Origin: the human T2T-CHM13v2.0 reference genome, Homo sapiens
Assembly (NCBI RefSeq): GCF_009914755.1
Contig: NC_060940.1
DNA length: 64,000 bases
Strand: one strand, 5' to 3'
The notes under the pieces were generated by a model. The model worked only from the letters and a program-made list of their open reading frames with translations. It was not told the DNA's origin and searched no databases. How positions within the stretch are numbered: the first letter of the stretch is position 1; the number at the start of each line of letters is the position of its first letter. The position numbers and the translations under genes are program-made. Shown one piece after another: positions 29,115 to 45,083 of the stretch.

Positions 29115-29840
29115 TTACTTATCTGTTACTGGGGAGCAAACTGCCTCAAAACTAAAACTATAAAACAGCACACATTGATTATTTCACAGTTTCTGTGGTA
29201 CAGTGTTTCAAGAGTGGCTTATCTGAGTGATCTAGCCCACAGTGTCTCAGGAGATCGATATGAAGACATCAGCCAGGGCTGCACTCATCTGGAAGCTTGA
29301 CTGGGGCTAGAGAATCAAGTTCCAAGATGGCGCAGTCTGATGGCTTTGGCAGGAAAGCTCAGGTCCGTGCCATGCACACCTCTCCAGATGATTGTTATAA
29401 GTGTCCTAAGATAAAATTAAAAATGTCTAGTTAAACTTGAATTTTAGGTAAGCAGTTACTTGAACTTTACGATTTCAGGCAAAAAGCATAAATAAAATTT
29501 GGTATATCCCCAATATTGCAAGGAATATATTTATACCAAAAAAAAATCATGCATTATTTATCGGAAATTCACATTTAACTGCTTCTTATATTTTTATTTG
29601 ATAAACATGGCAACTTTGTCTGATGGCATGGAAGCTGACTTCTCATACATCAAGTGATCCAAAAGAGGAAGTTGTTATGATTCCTAAATTATTTTTTGTG
29701 AGTCATATGTCATTACTCCTACTGCATTTTATCCACTAGAAGCAAGACACAGAGTCTGGCACACAGGCAAGGGGCAGAGAATAAGTCTCTGCTTTTTGTA
29801 AAGAGGCTTGTAAAATAATCTGTAGATATTTGAGAACAAT
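29115..29840 (-). mobile_element. MaLR LTR (MLT1F-like) interrupted by MER53
   Basis: cagccagggctgcactcatctggaagcttgactggggctagag...ttccaagatggc; the LTR resumes after 29620. Confidence 0.75.
29400..29617. mobile_element. MER53 palindromic MITE
   Basis: agataaaa...agttaaacttgaatttt...ccccaatattgca...tttatcggaaattcacatttaact...tttttatttgataaacatggcaac. Confidence 0.7.
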
Positions 29841-30076
29841 AAAAAATATAAACACTGAATGCCTTTATATATTCTAATAAAATCCTTTTCTGTTCAACAT
29901 TGACCTTGGTTGTTCTTTACATGCATAAATACACACGCACACACACACGCACACACACACACAATGGTCATTACTTCATGGAATTGCATTCATTATAATC
30001 TGTGATAACACAAGTCGTTAAATACCTTATGATGATATGATCAATTTAGGCATTACCTTCATTTATATATTTTTTA

Positions 30077-32361
<2,285 letters not shown>

Positions 32362-32512
32362 TCTGCCTTTAGTTTTATTCCTAAAGAAGATATGTGTACA
32401 TATGTGTGTGTATGTATATATAGTTAAGTGCAACTATATATATTTAGTTTACAGTTATTTGTATATATGATCTATTCTATTATTTTAAATTTTATTAAAA
32501 ATGTGTATTATC

Positions 32513-32862
<350 letters not shown>

Positions 32863-33009
32863 TTAATATTTTTGTTGTCATTCATCCATATTGATGCTAG
32901 TGGTAAGGCTTTATTTATTAAGACTGTTTTATTATGTTCAATTATTTTATTATGTTACAGTTTATTCATTCATTTACTCTCCCATCAATAGGCATTAAGA
33001 TTGTTTCCC

Positions 33010-33283
33010 AAACTATCGCAAGGACAAAAAACCAAACACCGCATGTTCTCACTCATAGGTGGGAATTGAACAATGAGAACACATGGACACAGGAAGGGAA
33101 ACATCACACACCGGGGCCTGTTGTGGGGTAGGGGGTGGGGAGAGGGATAGCATTAGGAGATATACCTAATGTTAAATGACGAGTTAATGGGTGCAGCACA
33201 CAAACATGGCACATGCATACATATGTAACTAACCTGCACGTTGTGCACATGTACCCTAAGACTTAAAGTATAATAATAAAAAA
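33010..33283 (+). mobile_element. L1PA (approx. PA3-5) 3' end, 5'-truncated
   Basis: caaactatcgcaaggacaaaaaaccaaacaccgcatg...gtaccctaagacttaaagtataat; degenerate TSD aagattgtttcc / aaaattatttcc. Confidence 0.93.
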
Positions 33284-34084
33284 ATTATTTCCAATATTTT
33301 GCATAAACAATGCAGCTGTGATCATACTTACGTCATTTAATATACATGTTCAAAAGATTCATTTCCATATATACTTCAGATGGGATTACTTTATAAGTAA
33401 TTGTTGTGGACAAGAAAAGCAAGCCTATACCCAGATAAGTACCTGTTCTTATGTGAATGAGCTTCTAGCTCTCATAATGAAAGGGATCCACCTTGATATG
33501 CAGTGACTGGTTGGCACCTTGAACAGTAATGCTTGACATTGGTCATTCTTGCTGGCAACTTAAATGTTCAGATATGGCTAAATCTGCCTGGATGAGTAGG
33601 AACCATGCTGTTGGACCCATCAGAAGCCTCCATCTCTGTCACTATAGCTATTCTGTTTGTGTGCCTGTAATGGCAGTTTTGAGATAATTAATGGCAAAGC
33701 TTGGCGAATAGCAACTAAGCAAGTGATTTTGTGTACTTGATTGTTCAGTGTCTTTTCCCTGATGGATTTTTGTTTTGGTGGACATTAACTAAAAGAAAAA
33801 TCACCACACTTCCAGCCTGCTTCTTTATACCTGCATCTAACGTGGTCTTCCTTGTCTCAGAGCTTTGAGTCTTTTTTCCTTTTAGGCATCTGACAAGCTG
33901 GCCAGCCCTTTTGCCATTTTCCATGACTCTCTAAATATTCTCAGCTCAGGCCATTTCTCCTTCAACATAAATTACAGAATCAAGGGGCACCTCTTGAACT
34001 TCTGTTTGGATTTTTGTTTGTTCATTTGTTTTGCCAGAGTGGAGGCATTTTTAATTTATTTTATGTATTTATTTGTGTGTTTTA

Positions 34085-34092
34085 ATTTATTA

Positions 34093-34133
<41 letters not shown>

Positions 34134-34392
34134 TTGAGACAGTCTTACTCTGTCTCTCAGGCTAGAGTGCAACCTCCACCTCCCAGGGTCAAGTGATTCT
34201 CGTGCCCCAGCCACCTGAGTAGCTGGGATTCCAAGTATTCACAACCATAGCCAGCTAATCTTTTGTATTTTTAGTGGAGACTGGGTTTCCCCATGTTGGC
34301 CAGGCTGGTCTTGAACTTCTGGCCTCAAGTGATCCACCTGCCTCAATCTCCCAAACTGTGGGGATTACAAGAATGAGTCACTGTGCCCAGCC
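34085..34392 (-). mobile_element. Alu (J/old S) with (AAT)n tail, inside the ERVL relic
   Basis: Reverse Alu; TSD ctcttgaacttctg (33991-34004) / ctcttcaacttctg (34393-34406). Confidence 0.9.
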
Positions 34393-34779
34393 CTCTTCAA
34401 CTTCTGCCCATTGAAAAGATTTTCCCTTGGCACCATCTCTCAAGGTCATGCCTGAGTATATAGCTTTACTCAATCTGACATCCATTTTTGGCTTGCATAC
34501 CACATACTGAGCTGGCCCATCCATAAAGCATGTTTTGAATTTATTTCCTTATTTTGGTGGTTGCACAGGACCCTTTCATATGGCATAGGTTTGTCTTGAG
34601 GGAGAGATCCTGGTATAATAGTGACTTGTGACGTGGGGTTTTAGGCTTACTCAATTTGTTCTTGCCCTGTGGTCTTGCTCAAGCTTGATCCTGGATATAC
34701 CATTTTCATCACCTGGTGAATTGCTGCTGGGCCTGCCCAAATGTGTTGCTTGCTAGGTCTGACAGAACACAACTCATCA

Positions 34780-35068
34780 GGCCGGGCATGGTGGCTCAAG
34801 CCTGTAATCCTAACACTTTGGGAGGCCGAGGCGGGTGGATCATCTGAGGTTAGGAGTTCGAGACCAGCCTGGCCAACATGGCAAAACCAAGTCTCTACTA
34901 AAAATACAAAAATTAGCTGGGCATGGTGGTGGGTGCCTGTAATCCCAGCTACTTGGGAGGCCGAGGCAAGCATTTGAACTGGGGAGGCAGAGGTTGCAGT
35001 GAGCAGAGATTGCTCGACTGCACTCCAGCCTCGGCAACAGAGTGAAACTCTCAAAAAAAAAAAAAAAA
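34780..35068 (+). mobile_element. Alu (AluSq/Sx-like), inside the ERVL relic
   Basis: Full Alu with poly-A; no clear TSD. Confidence 0.93.
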
Positions 35069-37199
35069 GTTCTTTTACTTTCCCAAGACACTAATGGTCA
35101 AGCATTTTGTCTTTACCTTTACCAAGACCCGTTAATGCACTAGGAGCTGTTTATAAAGGTTGTCTAATACTCCACTGATAATCACATGGACTCACTCCTG
35201 AACTGTGATTTTCTCACTGGGAAGCTACATGCCAGCACATAACATCTTTTCTCACCACTGATATTTCCACCACTACAGGGTCTGTTGCATCATATGGTCC
35301 AAGCACTAGGCATGCTTGACACTAGTCTGCCCCTCCTGGAGAGTCATTCCTTGCTTTTGGTCTCACTCAATGCTGGAAATTTGAAGCTGTGAGGCTAAAG
35401 CAGGAGTGCAAAGTGTCAAATATGTTCACTGCAGAATCTGAACAGTCTTACCGGGTGTTGTGGTTCTTTCTTTGTGGTAGAGGATACAAGATGCGGCAGT
35501 TTGCCTCTTACTTTGAAGGGTATATTCCTGCATACCCCCGATCACTAGACCTTTAAAAACTTTACTGATGTGATAGACCCCTAACGTGCACAGGTTACAA
35601 ATCTGAAAACTGGCTCGTATCTAGAAACTAGGCAAGGTTTGGTTTGTTTAGTTTTTAACTAAGCCAACTACCCTCAGTTCTCTCTGCATCCATTCTTGCT
35701 TTCCTTTGATTTTGTATTAAGCACCACCCTGATTGGCTGTCTGTCCACTTGTCTTCTGTCAGTGCTGTATTTTATGGAACATCTTCAGAACTCTGTGTGG
35801 ATCAAGACCTCTCACCTGCTACTCCCACACTGTCAGTTTTTAAGTCATTTTGAACCCCTGGGTTCCAGAAGGCTTCTATTGATTTGTGGCCCCCACATCC
35901 TCATTGCTATGATTAATGAGTAAAATTTTAGGATAGCGTCTTTTACTCAGTGCTGGCCTGCTTAGAAGATAACTGCTATGACACACTGACACAGATTGTC
36001 TGATTGTCTTGACCCTGATTGTCTGTCATGAGAATATTATGACTTCGGTGAATAGTGTCCTCTTGGCTTTCTCTAGAAACATAATACTTCTGGCCTTACG
36101 TAATGTAACCACTGTAACATCCTTACTTACCTGAACCTTTTACTTCCTTCTTTAAGCATCTGTCCTTGTAATTTAAATCTCTCAACTTGGTTCAGAGTAG
36201 GTCATCACTTTCCCCTAGCTTCTAGAAGCTATGCTAGCTGCAAATTTTCTCCATCCCCTAGGAACTTGCCAGAGTTTTAAATTCCTTATCTCAAGAGAGT
36301 AGCCCCAAACTGATGATTCTTTCTTATCAAGCCCTATGTTCCAGATCCTTTGATCAAATGCCATCAACATTCAGTCTGGTATGTGCTGGCTAATTCTTGT
36401 GGGTCCTTTGAAGTATTCTAGTACTTCAAAGTATTGTCTCTATTGTCAGGCCTAGCGTGTCCGTGGCTGGGTTATTGGCTTAATAGGCATAAGTGGAGCT
36501 GGAACACATCTGGGTGAGTATCCAAGCTGCCTTGTGGCAGACAGACCTATGCAGTCTGTCCTCATACAGGGGAGTGTTAGCTCTTTCTAGCGAGGGGTAC
36601 ATTGATTCTGCTGGCCCTAAAAGTTAAGAGCAATCTGGAGAACAAACATCTTTGGAGCACTCACCTATATGCTCCCATCGTATTTGTCAGGGTCCAAGTT
36701 TTTCCCAACAGAGCCCTTGGCCATGGCTTAGCTGATGTAATTCAATCACCTTTGAAGTTTGATGACAATGGCAATGCTGTTCTAAATTTGGTTCTCAGGT
36801 TTTATACCCTCCTACTGTAAGATATAAGGGCCTCTTTCTATACTACCAACTTTCTAACTCACTCATTTTCAGGCTTAGGATTTTATTTATTATTTAGATC
36901 TTATGTAAATTATTTAACATTTTTTCTTCAATTTCTAAATAGCTGGGAATTTTACCTTTTTGTTGTACACATGTAATAGAACTGAATCAGGTTTAGCTAA
37001 CATGCCTGATTTAATACAAGTTCCTTAAATCTTATTGAGTTTTTCTGTATTCCTTAGTAGATGATTAATTTTATAGTCTATACCTACCTGCACAGGGAAG
37101 GTAATATATCACCTACTTTTTGGGTGCATAACTATAATTGCCTTAGTTTATGCTTGTGATCTCTGAAATGTATATGTTTCTGTCCTTTCTGACATTTTG

Positions 37200-38705
37200 A
37201 TTTCTTTTTTTAAAAAATTCAACTTTTATTATAGATGAAAGGATACACATACAGATTTGTTACACAGATAAATTACATGACACTGAGGCTTGGAGTCCCA
37301 ACTATCCCATCACACAGTCTATAAGCATGGTCCCCAACAAGTGATTCTATGCATCCCTCCCCCTCCCTCCCCCATCTAGTGAGCCACTCTGTGTCTATTG
37401 TTCTCATCTTTGCAATCATGTGTATTCAATGTTTAGTTCCCACTTATAAGTGAGAACATTTCATTTTCTGTGCTTGCATTAGGTTGCACAGGGTAATGGC
37501 CGTCAGCTCCATCCATGTTTCATGGGCATGATTCTGTTGTTTTTTATGGCTGTATAGTATCCCATGGTGTATATGTACCCCATTTTCTTTATCCAGTGTA
37601 CCGTTGATAGATACTTAGCTTGATTCCATGTTGTTGCTATTGTGACTAGCACTGCATTGAACATATGAGTACATGTGTCTTTATGATAGAATAAATTATT
37701 TTCTTTTGGGTACATACCCAGTAATGGGATTGCTGAGTCGAACAGTAGTTCTATTTTACATTCTTTGAGAAATCTCCAAACTGCTTTTCACAGTGGCTAG
37801 ACTAATTTACATTACAAGCAATTGTATATAAATGTTCATTTTTCTCTGCAACCTTGCCAACATCCATTATTTTTTGACATTTTAATAATTGCCATTCTGA
37901 CTGGTATGAGATGGTATCTCATTGTGGTTTTAATTTGCATTTCTCTGATGACTAAGTGATATTGAGATTTTTTTCATATATTTGTTGGCTACTTGAATGT
38001 CTCTTTTTGAGAAGTGCCTGTTCGTGTATCTTGCCTGTTTTTTAGTTGGAATGTTTGGTTTTTGTTTGCTGATTTACGCTTCTTATAGGTTCTGGATATT
38101 TGACCTTTGTCAGACGCATAGCTTGCAAATATTTTCTCCATTCTGTAGGCTGTTTTTTCTTCTGTTGGAAATTTCTTTTGCTCTGCAGAAGTTCTTCATT
38201 TTAAATAAGTTCCATTTTTTCTCAATTTTTGTTTTTGTTACAATTGCTTTTGGTGACTTAGCCATAAATTCTTTGCCAAAGCTGACTTCAAGATGGGTAT
38301 TTCTTAGATTTTCTTCTAGGATTTTTATAATTTGAGGTCTTAAATTTAAATCTTTAATCCATCTTGAGTTAGTTTTCATATAGAGTAAGAGGTAGGGGTC
38401 CTGTTTCATTCTTCTGCATATAGATAACCAGTTATCCCAGCATCATTTATTGAATAGGGAGCCCTTTCCCCATTGTTTATTTTTGTTGATATTGATATTG
38501 TCATAGATCAGATGGTTGTAGGTGTGTGGATTTATTTCTGTGTCTTATATTCTTTTCCACTCATCTATTGTCTGTTTTTGTACCAGTACCATGCCGTTTT
38601 AATTACTGTAGCCTTATAGTATAGTTTGACATCAAGTAATGTGATGCCTCCAGCTTTGATCTTTCTGCTTAGTATTGCTTTGGAAATGCAGGCTCTTTTT
38701 GGTTC
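37200..38705 (-). mobile_element. L1PA15-17/L1PB-like 3' fragment
   Basis: Reverse L1 3' UTR (aacttttattatagat...) continuing into the ORF2 C-terminus ([34 protein letters not shown]). Confidence 0.9.
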
Positions 38706-40462
38706 TAAATTAATTTCTAAATTTAAATTCATGCTTAAGTTCCTGCCGATGCAGTGGGGCCCCTATGTATTCATGAGGGTAAGGTCCCAGCAGGGGTGGG
38801 GCAGAGGCAGGGGGCTACAACTTCCATGCACACACTTGTATGGCAGCAGCAGTTGCAGTGTGACAGGGCCCTAAAATTCTTGATTCTAAGTTAGTTACTT
38901 TAATTTAATGAAATTAAATTAGAATTCTTGATTCTAAGTTACTTTAATTTAATGAAAGAATATTTGTTTGTCTTCTTGCATCCTAGCTAATGTTGAATAT
39001 TCTGGTTTCAATCTAACTCTTGCTGCTTTGTAGGTAATCTACTTTTTGGTTTTTTTCTCTTTGTAAGCTATTCAAATGTTCCCAGTTCTCTTATTCTTAT
39101 TGTTATTCAATCTCTACTATATGGTGTGTAGGTGAACCCCTCTCTGAATCTACTCTCCTTTATCAACATCTAGGAGTTCCAGTTAAAAGAAGTATTTTAC
39201 ATTTTTGAAAAAATTTTGAATGTTATATCTCCATTATGGCTTCCAAAATTTACTTCTTTCATCTCCCTCTCTAACTGTCTCTCTCTCTGAACTCCCTGTT
39301 CTCTGAGTGTTATCACTTCTACCTCCATTCTCCATATATCCTATCTCTTTAAATGTATAATACAATATAAAAATATATTAAAATATATTAATTTATGCAT
39401 TTTCCTTTTGCATTCTATACAATGCTTTCTTCTAATTCCTTATTGCATCTGTATGTATTTTAACCCCAATATTATGTTTAATACCTAACACTTTCGCTTA
39501 GCTTTTCCCAGGTTTTAAAAATATATATTAATAATAAATTCCCTTATTTCTTTTAGCATATTTTTAGATAAATTCAGAAGTATTTATCTCTGTATTCTAA
39601 TGTATCTGTCTGTGATGGAATCAACAATCCAATATGTTTTTCTTTTCCTTTGAAATAATTATGTTTTTCAAATGCTCTGTTATTCTAGTCTGTGACTTTA
39701 TTTTCCCCTGGAATATCAAATATTTTTTTAAAACAACAACTGGCTACATTGCTCATCTATTACTCCTCATGGTACTTTAACAAGAGCTCTCTGAGTCATT
39801 ATACGAATATGAGTAGGTATTATTTGTCCTTCAGTATTTTTATTTCACCATCCTCCCACAGCCATGCCTTATTGTCTCCTACCCCAGGCCAAAGCCACTA
39901 CCCCTGCCACACATAATGGTTCAAAGTAGCCCCATTAGTTGCTCTAAGGATTTTTCTCAGGCTCTAATTCTCTTCCTTGGTGTCTCTCTTTCATAGATAA
40001 TTTATGTTTGATATGGGGAAGGGAGACATAGTAGTTTTACTAGTTCAGCAGATTAGTATAAAATGGAAGGACAATGATTTGCAGCCCTTACTATATAGTA
40101 ACTCATATGTGTAAGTGGGATATATAAACATGTTTTACCAACTTTGACATTGCCTTTTCATTCTAAGATAAAACACAATCAAGAGATTAGCATTTTAAGA
40201 TATTTAGCTGATGTCAACTCTTTTCTCTGAGGGCAGGACATTTAAGCAGAGACCACAGTGAAATAAAGGCATAAACTAGTTAAAGTTCTAGTAAAAAACA
40301 CGCAGTCTAAATGAATGAATCTGAAAGTTCAAACCCTTAAAGTTGGATGATCTTGATGTTTCAGAAGAAAACAGAAGGGCCCTTATATGACTAGAATAGA
40401 TTAAGTGGGAATAGTGGTATATAGAAAAGGTGGAAGACAGACAACAGTTAGATTGCACAGGG

Positions 40463-41744
40463 GAGGGATTCACAAACTTTTTCTGTAAATGTCCAGACAG
40501 TAAATATTTTAGGCTTTGTAGGCCATATGGTTTTCACGGCAATTACTCATCTCTCCTGTAATAGCATGAAAACAGTCATAGACAAAACTGAAACACATGA
40601 GTGTAGCTATGTTCCAATAAAACTTCATTTACAAGAAAAGTCAATGGGCACATGAAATAACAGACAAAATAGATAGATTGGGCTAAATCAAAATTTAAAA
40701 GTTCTGTGCATCAAAGAACATGATCAACAGACTATAAAGGCAACCTATTGATGGGAGAATACCTGCACATTATATATCTGATAAGTGGTTATTATTAATA
40801 ATATTTAAGAACTCCTACAAGTCAACAGTAACAAAAATCAATCTGATTAAAAAATGGGAAAGGACATGAATAGACATTTCCCTTAGGAAGATACACAATG
40901 GCCAACAAGCATATGAACTGATGCTCAACGTCACTAATCATTAGGGAAATGTAAATCAAAACCACAATGAAATACAGACTCATACCCATGAGGTTCTGGA
41001 TTATAAAAAAGGAAAGAAAAGAAGTATTGGCTAGTATGTGGAGAAATTAGAATCTTTGTGTAGTCTTGATGGAAATGTAAAATGATGAAACTGCTATGGT
41101 AAACATTAGGGCAATTACTCAAAAAACTAAAAATAAAATTACCATATGATCTAGCAATTCCACTTCTGGGCATATACTCAAAAGAACTGAAATCAGGGTC
41201 TCAAAGAGATATTTGTGCAATCATGTTAATACCAGGATTATTTACAATAACCAAGGGTTGGAAGCAATCTAAATGTCCACCACTGGATAAATAAACAAAA
41301 TGTGGCATATATATACAAAGGGGTATTACTCAACCTTAAAAAAGAAGAAAATTCTGACACATGTTACAACATGATGCACCTCTAGGACATCATGCTATTA
41401 AAATAAATAAGTCAGAAAAATACAGCCGCTGTATAATTCCATTTATATGAGGTAACTAGAATAGTCAAATTTATAAATACAGACAAAAGAATGATGTTTT
41501 CCAGGATCTGGTGGGAGAAGGAACTGAGAGGTGTTTAATGGCTTTAGAGTTTCACTTTTACAAGATGAAAGCATTCCGGAGATTGGATTCATGACAATAT
41601 AAATGTACTTAACACTACTGTACCATACACTAAAAAATAAATAACATGGTAAAGTTTATGTTATATGTATTTTACTATAATTACAAAAATAAACATAGGC
41701 AATGGGCTGGATTTGGCTTATGGGTCATAATTTGCTGACTTCTG
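40463..41744. mobile_element. MER58A hAT-Charlie MITE split by an L1MB (halves about 40463-40649 and 41691-41744)
   Basis: caaactttttctgtaaatgtccagacagtaaatattttaggctttg...gttccaataaaactt, resuming as ggatttggcttatgggtcataatttgctgacttctg. Confidence 0.85.
40650..41690 (+). mobile_element. L1MB (approx. MB2/3) 3' fragment
   Basis: ORF2 end plus L1MB 3' UTR (gtacttaacactactg...ggtaaagtttatgttatatgtattttac); duplicated target caatgggc. Confidence 0.88.
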
Positions 41745-41904
41745 GTGTAGGGCTTTGTAAGTCATAATAGGGAATGTGGATTTTATTGTTAAGTGTGAAA
41801 AAGAAGATTATAGGATGGTTTCAGCACAGGAATTGCAAGATGTAAGTGCCACTTGTAAAAAATCTTTCTGATTATTCTGAGAAGAAGAGAGTGTAATCAA
41901 AAAT

Positions 41905-43760
41905 GTGGAAAATGGAGTAGTGTTTCTATACATTAATAACAAACTTTTCAAAAAAGAAACAAGGAAAACAACCCTATTTACAATAACTATAAAAAATAAA
42001 ATACCAGGAATAAATTTAACCAAGGTAGTGAAAGAGCTGTACACTGAAAACTATAAGACATTAATGAAAGAAATAAAAAAAAGACTCAAATAAATGGAAA
42101 GGTATCCTGTGTTCATGAATTGGAAGAATAAATATTGTTAAAATGACCATACTAACCAAAGTGATCTACAAATTCAGTGGAAAAGCTATCAAAACTTCAA
42201 TATTTTTTTCATAGAGAAATACATCTTAAAATTAATGTGGAACCACAAAAATCTTGAAATGGCTAAGGGAATTATAAACAAACAAACAAAATAAAACAAA
42301 GCTAGAAGCATCACATTACCTGATTTTGAACTATATTGCAAAAGATCAATAATTAAAACAGCATAGTACTGGCATAAAAATAGACTCATTGGCCAGTGGA
42401 ACAGAAAAGAGTGCCCAGAAATGAACCCAAGCATGTATGGTCAATTGTTTTTTCACAAAGGTGCCAAAAATACACAATGGGAAATTAATAGTCTCTTTAA
42501 TAAATAATGTTAGGAAAAATGGATGCCATATGCAGAAGAAGGAAATTGTACCTTTAGCTCACACTATATGCAAAAATCAACTCAAAATTAATTAAAGACT
42601 TAAACATAAAACCTGAAACTATAAAACTACTGAAAAACTATACGGAAAAAAATACTGTATTGGTCTGAATAATATTTTGTATTTGACCCCAAAGTCCCAG
42701 GGTCAAATGGGATTGCAAATGGGATTTCATCAAAATTAAAAGCCTGTGTAAAAGCAGCATGAAGTGACAATTTTAAGCTTCAGGGAAAATACTTGAAGCC
42801 ATACATTAAAAATGGGCAAAGGACCTGAATAGACATTTCTCAAAAGAAGAAATATAAATGGCCAGCAGATATATTTTTTAAAATGTTTAACATCACTAAT
42901 CATTAGGAAAATGAAAATTAAAACCACAATTGTATATCACCTCACACTTGTCAGAATAACTATTATCAAAAAGACAAACAACAAGAGATGTTAGTCAGGA
43001 CATACAGAAAAGGGAGCCCTTGTACACTTTTGGTAGGGATGTAAATTAGTGAAACCATATGGAAAACTGTTTAAAAGTTCCTTGAAAAGTTGAAAATAGA
43101 ATTACCACATGATCTAGCAATCCCACTTCTGGATATTTACCCTCAAAAATTTGAATAATATGTCAAAAGATGTCTGCACTCCTGTGTTCATTGCAGCACT
43201 CTTCACAACAGCCAAATTATAGAGTTAACAAACTGACTGTCCATCAATGGAAGGGTGAGTAAATGAAATGTGGTATGTGTACACAATGGAATACTATTTA
43301 GCCTTTAAAAAGGAAGAAAAAAACTTATTTGTGATAATACAGGTTAAACTGGAGAACATTAAGGTAAGTAAAATAAGCCAGGCTCAGAAAAACAAATGTT
43401 ATATGTTCTCACTTATATGTGGAATCTAAAACAATTGAACTCAAAGAAACAGAGAGTAGAATGGTGGTTACCAGAGGCTGGGAGTTGGGGGAGGAAATGG
43501 AAAGGTGATAGTCAAAGAATAAAAAGTCTAAATTAGGTGGAATACGTTTAGAAAATTTTTTTGTAATATATTAAACAGTGTGGTTAATACAGTAAATAAT
43601 AATGTTTTGTACATTTCAAAATCACTGAGAGTAAATTTCAAATGTTATTACCACAAAAAAGATAAGCATTGAGGTGATGGATATGTTAATTAGCTTGATT
43701 TCATTAATTCACATTGTATTCATGGATTATAGTGTCACCTTGTACCCTATAAACACAATT
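41905..43760 (+). mobile_element. L1MA (approx. MA5/6) 3' fragment inserted in L2
   Basis: ORF2-like peptide PGINLTKVVKELYTENYKTLMKEIK; 3' end gaggtgatggatatgttaattagcttgattt. Confidence 0.88.
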
Positions 43761-44530
43761 ATGGAAGAAGAGAAATCAGAAAGCTATTGAAAAAGTTCAG
43801 ATGAGACAGGCTAGTAATTGAAAAATGTTGAAATGTAAGAGTGAAGATATATTTTTTAAATAATGCATATAGAACATGCTTATGGGTTATACATAAAGAA
43901 TGAAAAAGAGAATCAATAATTAATTTCTGGATTTTGGTCAGAAGAAGCCAGTGAATGGTGGAATTATTTGAGTTCAAGAAATACATAGAATGAAAAGATT
44001 GGAAAGAAAATCAAGGGTTCTTCTTGTGTATGCTAAGTGAATGTCTATTTTATATACAAAAGGAGATGTCCAAGGCATGAGCTGGGACATGTCATTTTTG
44101 AACTCAGGGAAAAGTGAAAGCTAAAGATACACACAAACATACACACACACACACACAAGAGAGAGAGAAAGAGAGGTGGGAGGAAAGAGTTGGCAGCATG
44201 TATTTATGTTTTTCAAGTCATGTGATTGAGAAGAAAAGGAGTTTCCAGGAAAGAAGCAGTGAATATGACAGAAGGATGATCGAAAAAAATGGCAGTGTCC
44301 TGGAAATAAAGTGAATAAATGAGTCTTTGCTTGCAACACCAGCTAAATGATGACAAGATGCCAAGTTAGATGTGAACTGATAAGTGATCAATGAGTTTGC
44401 AAAATGATAGTCACTGAAAGCAATCTTGTTAAGGTCTTCAGCGGATTGATGGGGACGAAGAAGAAAGCTTAATAGGGTTGGCTAAAGAGAAAATGCAAAG
44501 ATAAAAAGTTGAAACATAACATATAGATGT
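43760..44530 (-). mobile_element. L2 relic (continuation of the L2 at about 40210-40460 and 41745-41900)
   Basis: Purine-rich reverse L2 motifs; contains (CA)n(GA)n at about 44128-44175. Confidence 0.55.
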
Positions 44531-44773
44531 CTGTGATATTTTAAAGCTAATATTGACATATGATCCTTTTCATAATTTAGTTGTTTATTGAGTTATAATT
44601 TACATACAGGAAAATTCATCTTTTTTGTTATGCAGTTGTATAAATTTTCACAAATATGGACAGTCATTTAATTACCAGCAATCAAGATATAGAACTGGTC
44701 TATCATGCCTCCAAATTTCATCATGCTTCTTTTAGTCAAGGTAGTGCTGGTAATGTCAAAATTACTAAGTCTC

Positions 44774-45083
<310 letters not shown>

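Larger units (their letters stand above)
33405..36830 (-). mobile_element. ERVL-class (ERV3/ERVL) internal gag-pol relic
   Basis: Hand translation of the minus strand gives decayed integrase (HKQNSYSDRDGGF*WVQQHG), RNase H (..EKWPELRIF..SW, FMDG, GKSFQWAE), RT-thumb (SVKFL..PSKVRGKL) and gag-like motifs characteristic of ERVL. Confidence 0.8.
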
